Below are positions 57,500-64,000 of a stretch of DNA of 64,000 nucleotides, piece by piece; position 1 is the stretch's first letter, and every line of letters starts with the position of its first letter. The DNA is from a virus: the IMG/VR virus record IMGVR_UViG_3300027736_000021, one strand, 5' to 3'. Under the pieces are notes generated by a model. It was given only the letters and a program-made list of their open reading frames with translations, had not been told where the DNA came from and searched no databases. Both the position numbers and the translations under genes were made by a program.

Positions 57500-58084
57500 A
57501 TGAGTTTATGGGGAAACCTAGATGCCGCTAACAATGCACCAGTATCAAGTGCAATGGCTGGCTACGGTGGTAATACACCACAAGTAACAGCAAACGCAGA
57601 AGTATATTACGCTAATACAAAACTTGGCTCGTTTAGCGACAACCAAGCAATTGGTATTTTTGGCGTAACTGCTGCTGAACAAGCTAATTCATCAACAGTA
57701 GCATCAACTGGTGTTCCAACACACGCTGGTTGGGTAACTCGCCGTGTTGGTATGGGACCTGTTGCTACAATTACTGCTAACGCTGGTTGCGTGGCTGTAA
57801 ATAGCACAATCACTATTGTTGCAAATAGTGGATTTGGTAACACAGGTTCAAACGGCCGTTCAACAATTATTCCAGTTGTTGCAACTATTTCTGTAAATAC
57901 TGCTGGTTATATCAGCACAATTACAATTGTAAATCCAGGACTGTATGCTAACACACCAATTTTGCGTCCAAATACAGGTAATGCTGTGTTTACCGTATCA
58001 ATGGGTGGCCGTGCAAACCGCATTTCAACTGAAACTTTAGTTGCTATGGGTTCAATGACTGGCGACAACGAAAACGTATTCTAA
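57500..58084 (+). CDS. Probable virion structural protein
   Basis: MSLWG start, HAGWV and ETLVAM; Ala/Thr/Asn-rich; late promoter. Confidence 0.6.
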   Translation: MSLWGNLDAANNAPVSSAMAGYGGNTPQVTANAEVYYANTKLGSFSDNQAIGIFGVTAAEQANSSTVASTGVPTHAGWVTRRVGMGPVATITANAGCVAVNSTITIVANSGFGNTGSNGRSTIIPVVATISVNTAGYISTITIVNPGLYANTPILRPNTGNAVFTVSMGGRANRISTETLVAMGSMTGDNENVF

Positions 58085-58085
58085 C

Positions 58086-58457
58086 ATGAAGTTTAAAGAG
58101 TTTCTAACAGAATTGGCGATGCCTGAAGTATCTTCAATGGCAAGAGATGTTGCTGTTGAAGAAGAAATCAATCGTCAATTGGAAATGGGACTCAAAGATG
58201 TAATATTATCTCCACAAATCGGTTTGTATAAAGTGCGTAAGGTGTTGAACAGGTTTGGTTATGACCTGCCAACATCTTATGTACCTGACCAAGATGGTGA
58301 TGAGGTAGTATTAGATATACATGGTAGTGATTCACTATTATATGTTTTATATTATCAAACCGATGATGGTAATTATGATTTTTATGCTCTTATTGACGAT
58401 GACGAAGGCATAGAGGAAATACTATCAAAGGATGAAGAGCTAGAAAAAGAAGAATAA
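58086..58457 (+). CDS. Acidic hypothetical protein with a capsid-targeting-like N-terminus
   Basis: MKFKEFLTE. Confidence 0.55.
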   Translation: MKFKEFLTELAMPEVSSMARDVAVEEEINRQLEMGLKDVILSPQIGLYKVRKVLNRFGYDLPTSYVPDQDGDEVVLDIHGSDSLLYVLYYQTDDGNYDFYALIDDDEGIEEILSKDEELEKEE

Positions 58458-58849
58458 TGTCCTTTGATGATTTGAGTAGTGAAAATATAATGTTATATGC
58501 AACTAAGGCTTACGATAAGCCCAATTGTATTATGTCTGAATTTAAAGAGGACATGAAGCGCTTTAACTATTTGAAGCGTTTGTTTTACCGACACCGTAAA
58601 ATTGGTGAGATAAAAGAAAGATTGGTTTTAAATCATTTAGTGGTTCTATATAATGTTTTTGGTGTTGAAGCTGCTACAAGATTATTATTCTATAAGATTG
58701 CAAAAGAAGATTACTCGGCATTAAAAACATATTTGGTTTTTCTGAGTTGTATGCCAGAAAGAGTTAAAGGTATTAAAGGACACGATATAGTATCTTCTGA
58801 TATTCCAGTTGATATGAAAATTGCAGATATACTAAGAGAAATTAAATGA
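58457..58849 (+). CDS. Conserved T4-like hypothetical protein
   Basis: EFKEDMKRFNYLKRL and LNHLVVLYNVFG. Confidence 0.7.
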   Translation: MSFDDLSSENIMLYATKAYDKPNCIMSEFKEDMKRFNYLKRLFYRHRKIGEIKERLVLNHLVVLYNVFGVEAATRLLFYKIAKEDYSALKTYLVFLSCMPERVKGIKGHDIVSSDIPVDMKIADILREIK

Positions 58850-59583
58850 TAATTGGTTCAGGTATCACAATTGGTTCAGGTATTAAAATGCTTGAAGAAA
58901 ATAATCCAACAATAAATTTAACTAGTTTAATTGTTTGGTTAGATTCTAGTAACACATCAAGTTATCCTGGTTCTGGAACAACTTGGACCGATTTAAGTGG
59001 TAATGCTAAAAACATGACTTTGGTGAATGGTCCAACATTTGAATCAGCAAATGCTAACTCAATTGTGTTTGATGGTACAAATGATTATGCAATAAGTGCC
59101 TCTAATTTATATACTATGTCATCGTTTCCAACTATATCAACATTTATTTGGTGGTACCCACAGGCTGCAGGACAAATTGTTAGTGAATTGGGACAAGGAA
59201 CAATTAATAGTGGTTGGCATGACAGCCAGATTGAAATAAATTCTGGCGGCCAAATAAGTTTTTCTGTGTGGGATAATTATACTGTTAAGATTGTATCTTC
59301 CGCAAAAAGTTTTAACACTTGGTATAACTTAGGGTTTACATATGATGATTCAACTTCAACAACAACTGCGTATATTAATGGCGTAAGTATAGGATCAGCA
59401 GTTAAATCAAGGTCAACCGGTTCTGCAATTTATTATACAATTGCCGCTATTGATGGTACAAATATGGGAACCAATGCATATGGTAAAGGTAAGTGTGGTG
59501 CGTTCTATCATTACACTAGAGCATTGAGTGCAACTGAAGTTTTAAATAATTACAATTCAAATAAAGCAAGGTTTGGTCTATAA
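58846..59583 (+). CDS. LamG/concanavalin-A-like lectin domain protein
   Basis: SYPGSGTTWTDLSG, FDGTNDY, YING and YTRALSATEV. Confidence 0.8.
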   Translation: MIIGSGITIGSGIKMLEENNPTINLTSLIVWLDSSNTSSYPGSGTTWTDLSGNAKNMTLVNGPTFESANANSIVFDGTNDYAISASNLYTMSSFPTISTFIWWYPQAAGQIVSELGQGTINSGWHDSQIEINSGGQISFSVWDNYTVKIVSSAKSFNTWYNLGFTYDDSTSTTTAYINGVSIGSAVKSRSTGSAIYYTIAAIDGTNMGTNAYGKGKCGAFYHYTRALSATEVLNNYNSNKARFGL

Positions 59584-60074
59584 TGGCAAACGAATTTAAA
59601 AAAGAATGTGGATTAGGAATGTATTGGTGTAACACCGATAACAAATGTAAACCTATACAAGAAGATGCAAGAATACCAAGAAAGCCTGGTCAGCCTGCAA
59701 ATTCAGATAAACATTCCGATTTATACACAGATGAGAATCCAAAAGGCACAATACAGGGTCTTAAATTTGCTACACCTGAAGATGCCAAAGCAAGTGTAAG
59801 TAAAATTAAATCAAGTGGTCGTTCACACGCACATAAAATACAAGCAGCAATCGCTATGGAACAAAGAGCAAAAGTAATGGGTAAAGCAGGAGCTGCGGCC
59901 GTGTATCGTAGTTTTATTAATTCAATGAAAGAAGATGCACCAGTCAATGCAGTTGGTGGTGGTCAAATTGCAGGTTTAGGTGTTGGCCCACAAGGTGAGC
60001 CAGGAGTTACAAAGAAAAAGAAACCAATGTTGTTTAGCTCTTTTTTGCGTAGGAAACTACCAGGAGTTAAATAA
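59583..60074 (+). CDS. Modular hypothetical protein
   Basis: Cys mini-module, HSDLYTDENP module and GVGPQGEPGV tail, separated by IQE and MKE. Confidence 0.55.
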   Translation: MANEFKKECGLGMYWCNTDNKCKPIQEDARIPRKPGQPANSDKHSDLYTDENPKGTIQGLKFATPEDAKASVSKIKSSGRSHAHKIQAAIAMEQRAKVMGKAGAAAVYRSFINSMKEDAPVNAVGGGQIAGLGVGPQGEPGVTKKKKPMLFSSFLRRKLPGVK

Positions 60075-60580
60075 TGTGGCAGTTGTCTTGGATACTGAGT
60101 TTAATACCAGAATGGATTCTGGTCACTCTTATTCACGGAACAGTTGTAGTAGGATTAGTTTTAACATTTTGTGGTGGTTTATTAAAGTTTATACCAGTTA
60201 TAAATCCTTATACAGCCATTGCTAAACAAATTGGTATAGTGCTTCTTGTAATTGGTGTATTCTTTGAAGGCGGTCTGGCAGTTGAACAGTCTTACCGTGC
60301 AAGAATTGCTGAAATGCAGGCCAAGATAAAAGAAGCAGAAATACAATCTGTTAAACTTAATGAAAAATTGACAGTTGAAGTTAGTAAGAATAAAGAATTG
60401 ATTAAAGAGAAGGTGAATAGAAATGCTAAAGACATTGAAGCAAAGAGGGAAGCTATTAATGCTGAGTGCAAGCTGTCTGATGATGCTTGGGTGCTCTACA
60501 ACCGTGCCGTTGAGCCAAAAGTTTCCAGAGGCCCCTCAAGTGCTAATGGAGCCCGCTCCGGTTCTAAAGCCTCTAAATGA
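60074..60580 (+). CDS. Inner-membrane spanin (Rz-like)
   Basis: N-terminal TM segments, coiled coil, C-terminal Cys; overlapped by a lipoprotein ORF. Confidence 0.7.
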   Translation: MWQLSWILSLIPEWILVTLIHGTVVVGLVLTFCGGLLKFIPVINPYTAIAKQIGIVLLVIGVFFEGGLAVEQSYRARIAEMQAKIKEAEIQSVKLNEKLTVEVSKNKELIKEKVNRNAKDIEAKREAINAECKLSDDAWVLYNRAVEPKVSRGPSSANGARSGSKASK

Positions 60581-60716
60581 AGATAAAAAAACATTAGCAG
60601 ACCTATTACAAAATGCTAATGATAATTATGGACTTTACTATGAGTTGCAAGATAGATACAATGCATGGCAGTTATGGTATAAACAACAGAAACAAATATT
60701 TGATAGTGTAAAATGA
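60459..60716 (+). CDS. Outer-membrane lipoprotein spanin (Rz1-like)
   Basis: Lipobox MLGC, Pro-rich FPEAPQVLMEP, out-of-frame overlap with the i-spanin. Confidence 0.75.
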   Translation: MLSASCLMMLGCSTTVPLSQKFPEAPQVLMEPAPVLKPLNEDKKTLADLLQNANDNYGLYYELQDRYNAWQLWYKQQKQIFDSVK

Positions 60717-61117
60717 AAAGAATACTTATAGTTCTATTTGCGTTTAGTTTGTCTGGCTGTGCCTTATTTGATGCCTATTTTATGGCCAAGTATGACACCA
60801 ATGAATACTTTATTGTTAATGATATCAAAACAAAGGCACAGGTAGCAAAAGAAAATTGTGGCAACCATATACTGGTTGTTACACAGGTAAACGAATTGTA
60901 TATCAAAGCGTTGGAGTTTAAGAACTTTACAACTCACATACCACGAAACAAAGATACTGATAATATGTCAACCAAGTTATTGACATTGACAAAAGATACA
61001 AGAGATTATTTTAATAAAGCAGAAAAGATATCACCAATCTTCTGTAAAGCAAAATTGCAACAGGTTGTTAAGTCGGCCGATACCATTCAACACGTTTTAG
61101 GGAGCAAACCAAGATGA
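60713..61117 (+). CDS. Lipoprotein
   Basis: MKRILIVLFAFSLSGC signal peptide and lipobox. Confidence 0.75.
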   Translation: MKRILIVLFAFSLSGCALFDAYFMAKYDTNEYFIVNDIKTKAQVAKENCGNHILVVTQVNELYIKALEFKNFTTHIPRNKDTDNMSTKLLTLTKDTRDYFNKAEKISPIFCKAKLQQVVKSADTIQHVLGSKPR

Positions 61118-61320
61118 CACCAGAACAATTAAATGCTTACATTATTGAATACAATAAAATGTTGGCAGACGGACTAGTTACAAAAGAAGAATATGTGGAG
61201 TTGTTGAAAGGTATTAATATTATGGAAGGTATTGCTGATGATGCAGAGGGACTTGCATTGAAAGAACAATTAAATTTAATTATCAATGCTGCTATTAGTG
61301 CAGCTTCTTTAATGGCGTAA
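61114..61320 (+). CDS. Hypothetical protein
   Basis: 68 aa, translationally coupled to the lipoprotein gene. Confidence 0.55.
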   Translation: MTPEQLNAYIIEYNKMLADGLVTKEEYVELLKGINIMEGIADDAEGLALKEQLNLIINAAISAASLMA

Positions 61321-61322
61321 AA

Positions 61323-61946
61323 ATGGAACTGACAAAAGACCAACTGAAGCAATTGCTTCCAAAGAATCCCTATATTGACCAATGGCACAATGCATTGGCA
61401 CAATTATTACCCGACTATGGTATCAATACACCACAGCGTATTGCAGCCTTCATAGCACAATGCGCTCACGAATCTGGTAATTTTGTATTTCTTAAAGAGA
61501 ACCTAAATTACAAAGCAGCCACATTACGCAAACTGTTTGCAAAGTATTTTCCAACAGATGAACTAGCAAACGAGTATGCAAGCAAACCAAACAAACAAGA
61601 AGCAATTGCAAATCGTATCTATGCTAATCGTATGGGTAATGGCGATGAGGCCTCTGGTGATGGTTTTAGATATTGTGGTCGTGGTCTAATTCAATTGACA
61701 GGTAAAGAAAACTATTCTTGGTTTGCTGCTTCAATTGAAATACCTGTTGAACAAGCATCTGAATATCTACAAACATTTGAAGGTGCAGCTCAATCTGCTT
61801 GTTGGTTTTGGGAAACAAACAACCTAAACCAATGGGCAGATAAAGGCGACATTCTCACATTAACAAAGCGTATCAATGGTGGTACCATTGGACTTGAAGA
61901 TAGAATTAAACATTATGAACACGCACTTCATATACTAGGAGTTTAA
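61323..61946 (+). CDS. Glycoside hydrolase family 19 endolysin
   Basis: AQCAHES, ENLNY, YANRMGNG, GRGLIQLTG and INGG. Confidence 0.92.
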   Translation: MELTKDQLKQLLPKNPYIDQWHNALAQLLPDYGINTPQRIAAFIAQCAHESGNFVFLKENLNYKAATLRKLFAKYFPTDELANEYASKPNKQEAIANRIYANRMGNGDEASGDGFRYCGRGLIQLTGKENYSWFAASIEIPVEQASEYLQTFEGAAQSACWFWETNNLNQWADKGDILTLTKRINGGTIGLEDRIKHYEHALHILGV

Positions 61947-61947
61947 A

Positions 61948-62268
61948 ATGGCAGACCAGAATGAAAAAGGTGCATTTATTGAGAAGTTGTTATTTGCACT
62001 TCTTCCCCTACTAATCGGTTGCACAGGTTATTTGATTAGTGCATTAGGCGCACTACAACATGATGTTACTATACTAAATGCAAAAGTAAGTTTGGTAGTA
62101 ACAAGCGACAACAAGCAGGCAAGCAATACAGGTGCTGAACTTGCTCGTGAAAAACTACGCCAAGATTTAACTGAAGCCGTTCAACGTAATCGTGATAGTA
62201 TTCAGCAGAATAAAGAACATATTGCTATTCTTGAAGAAAAAGTAAAACGATTAGAGCGGAGCAAATAA
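61948..62268 (+). CDS. Single-TM coiled-coil protein
   Basis: N-terminal TM segment then heptad repeats. Confidence 0.55.
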   Translation: MADQNEKGAFIEKLLFALLPLLIGCTGYLISALGALQHDVTILNAKVSLVVTSDNKQASNTGAELAREKLRQDLTEAVQRNRDSIQQNKEHIAILEEKVKRLERSK

Positions 62269-62269
62269 T

Positions 62270-62548
62270 ATGAATGATAAAAGATTAGCCAAAGGCCTAA
62301 TTATTTTATTATTATTTCCATTAACATTGGCATATTTTAGTGGCGATAAGTTTCGTTACCCGTGCCAAGACCCAGCAAATTGGGACAAAGATATGTGCAA
62401 GTTGCCATATTGTGATGTAACAAGAACTTGTCCTTCTCACATTTTTAAGGGTCAAAATGATCCACGCTTGGGACCAGATGGAACTAAACCGATTGCACAA
62501 AATACACCAACACCAATAATGCCAACAACTGGAGCGAATTGCAAATGA
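62270..62548 (+). CDS. Membrane-anchored Cys-rich protein
   Basis: Signal/TM segment then RYPCQDPANW..C..P.C....C. Confidence 0.6.
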   Translation: MNDKRLAKGLIILLLFPLTLAYFSGDKFRYPCQDPANWDKDMCKLPYCDVTRTCPSHIFKGQNDPRLGPDGTKPIAQNTPTPIMPTTGANCK

Positions 62549-63030
62549 ACTTGAATATTTTTAATAAAGAAGAAAAGAAATCAGAAGATAACTTCATGTA
62601 TACCGAAGAGCAGTTGATGGCTCGTCTGAAGTTCTTCATTGGTATTTGTTTGGCACTTACATTATTTGGTATTGTATTTGTCGTATTGTATTCATTAATC
62701 TTTGTAACACAACCACTTAATGCTATCTCACCTATCGACCAAAAATTCTTTGAGTTGATTATTCCTATTGCTACATTCTTAACCGGCACATTGTCTGGTA
62801 TCATGTTGGCAGGTGGTGATAAAGATGCACAAAAGATGGCACTACAAGCTGCAACACGGCCTACAACAGTAAGTCCTGCACCAACAACACCATCTACGCC
62901 AAGTTTTAGTGGTGTAACAACGCCTGCTTTTGTTGCATCGGCACCTGCACCATCGCCATTTGCACCAGCAGTTACAACAGGATTTGGTGGTAAACCAGCA
63001 CCACTTCAACCACCTCAACCAGAGATTTAA
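62545..63030 (+). CDS. Two-TM membrane protein with Pro-rich tail (holin candidate)
   Basis: Two hydrophobic helices within the lysis cassette. Confidence 0.55.
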   Translation: MNLNIFNKEEKKSEDNFMYTEEQLMARLKFFIGICLALTLFGIVFVVLYSLIFVTQPLNAISPIDQKFFELIIPIATFLTGTLSGIMLAGGDKDAQKMALQAATRPTTVSPAPTTPSTPSFSGVTTPAFVASAPAPSPFAPAVTTGFGGKPAPLQPPQPEI

Positions 63031-63033
63031 TAA

Positions 63034-63258
63034 ATGAATTGGTTGAATAGTATGTTATCCGATGGACACAATGGGTCTATCAGTAGTAAAAGAGTTATAA
63101 CCCTTTTATCATTTTTAATTTGTGCTTTTGCACTTGTCGCTGACATATTTGGTTACAAGGTAACACCATCATTGTTTGATTCAATGATATACCTTGTAAT
63201 CGCAGGATTAGGATTTACCGCCTCAGAAAAATTTGCTAAAAAGGAAGAACAGAAATGA
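63034..63258 (+). CDS. Two-TM holin-like protein
   Basis: SSKR, two TM segments and a charged C-terminus. Confidence 0.55.
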   Translation: MNWLNSMLSDGHNGSISSKRVITLLSFLICAFALVADIFGYKVTPSLFDSMIYLVIAGLGFTASEKFAKKEEQK

Positions 63259-63446
63259 AAAAGTTTTTAATCGCAATTAATATTGTAGCATGGTCTCTTG
63301 TTGGTTACCAAGTTGCCCATGCAGCCGAAACTAAAAAGGCTTGTGTCATGCAGAAAGACCAGAAAACAGGTAAAGAAAAAGAAGTTTGTAAAGAGATTAA
63401 AGTCCACAAAAAATTAGAGGGCACAGCTGTGCCGGAGAAGAAATAA
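63255..63446 (+). CDS. Small secreted protein
   Basis: Signal peptide ending AHA, two Cys. Confidence 0.6.
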   Translation: MKKFLIAINIVAWSLVGYQVAHAAETKKACVMQKDQKTGKEKEVCKEIKVHKKLEGTAVPEKK

Positions 63447-63447
63447 A

Positions 63448-63753
63448 ATGGCAACCACAGCAGAACGCCTTGGTATTGTTGAAACCAAGGTACATACCCT
63501 TGATGAGAAATTAGACGACCTGAAAATTGATGTAAAGGATGTGCATGATTGCCTTGATAAAACACGAGATGACTTGACAGAGCAGCTGAAAACCATGTAT
63601 GATGCTTCATGCACTCAACATTCAGCTTTGGCAAAAGAAATCAATGCACTTAAATCTCAGAGAGATAAGTGGGTATGGTTGTCAGCAGGTGCACTTGCCG
63701 CTTTTGGTTGGTTATCTGGCCACATGGAAATCATTACAAAAATATTTCAATAG
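63448..63753 (+). CDS. Coiled-coil protein with a C-terminal TM segment
   Basis: Heptads followed by a hydrophobic tail. Confidence 0.55.
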   Translation: MATTAERLGIVETKVHTLDEKLDDLKIDVKDVHDCLDKTRDDLTEQLKTMYDASCTQHSALAKEINALKSQRDKWVWLSAGALAAFGWLSGHMEIITKIFQ

Positions 63754-63755
63754 TG

Positions 63756-63784
63756 TTGACAATTCAGTAGTATTTTGTTATAAT
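63756..63784 (+). promoter_or_regulatory. Consensus sigma70 promoter for primase
   Basis: TTGACA-17 nt-TATAAT with extended -10 TG. Confidence 0.85.
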
Positions 63785-63792
63785 CCTATATT

Positions 63793-64000
63793 ATGAGTTT
63801 AAGTGTAGAGTCCAAATATATTGGACTAATTTCCCATCGTCTGAGAAACTTCAAGCGTAAGCAAGATTACCTTTGGAATTTCTCATGCCCGATTTGCGGT
63901 GATTCTAAGAAGAATCTCCTCAAGGCTCGTGGGTATGTGTATAAGAAAGGCAACAATCTATTCTATTCATGCAAAAATTGTGGAATAGGTACAAGTCTAG
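63793..64000 (+). CDS. gp61: DNA primase (gp61), N-terminal part truncated by the window end
   Basis: NFSCPICGDSKKN..KARGY...CKNCG zinc-binding domain. Confidence 0.92.
   Translation, partial: MSLSVESKYIGLISHRLRNFKRKQDYLWNFSCPICGDSKKNLLKARGYVYKKGNNLFYSCKNCGIGTSL

Noticed and set aside
1751-63634. Numerous minus-strand ORFs and short alternative-frame ORFs in the track
   Set aside because: They shadow well-supported + strand genes and lack SD sites or motifs. Only 53589-53768 and the o-spanin have independent support.
37557-63753. Stop-codon reassignment suggested by rare TAG stops
   Set aside because: Core genes are intact in the standard code. Read-through of the TAG stops at 37559 and 55828 adds only 2-4 residues, and no suppressor tRNA is seen.
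1-64000. CRISPR array, integrase or transposase
   Set aside because: No regularly spaced repeats and no recombinase or transposase motifs were seen.

Overview
This is a 64 kb segment of a T4-like (myovirus-type) dsDNA phage genome. It is AT-rich and essentially all genes are on the + strand. Gene order: (1) head module (gp20, gp67, gp68, gp21, gp22, gp23) and gp3; (2) uvsY, uvsW, gp55, gp47, gp46; (3) an accessory block with a methyltransferase, peptide deformylase, a DUF4338/DruA-like protein, an atypical tRNA-Gly, a vWA + MoxR-type AAA pair, a wHTH protein, a glycosyltransferase and a dATP/dGTP diphosphohydrolase; (4) the replisome (gp45, gp44, gp62, regA, gp43, uvsX, gp41); (5) a second DUF4338-like gene, a nuclease-like gene and a ligase-motif gene; (6) a ~10.5 kb sugar-biosynthesis island with an EEVS-type sedoheptulose-7-phosphate cyclase; (7) probable head-internal modular proteins with T4 capsid-targeting-like N-termini; (8) a lysis cassette (spanin pair, GH19 endolysin, small membrane proteins), implying a Gram-negative host; (9) the start of primase gp61. 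The best candidate for a new system is the DUF4338 gene followed 59 nt later by a D-arm-reduced tRNA-Gly(UCC). This RNA keeps all GlyRS identity elements but has the hallmarks of non-proteinogenic tRNA-Gly (GUGC T-loop, no D-loop GG, C37, C32-G38), suggesting a dedicated glycyl donor for a tRNA-dependent, Mom-like modification enzyme. Other leads are a phage C7-cyclitol pathway, an H-type pseudoknot leader, a fixed-spacing ATTGCCWC promoter class, a nested out-of-frame gene and context-dependent GATC avoidance. All family assignments come from motif recognition by eye; no searches or computations were run.
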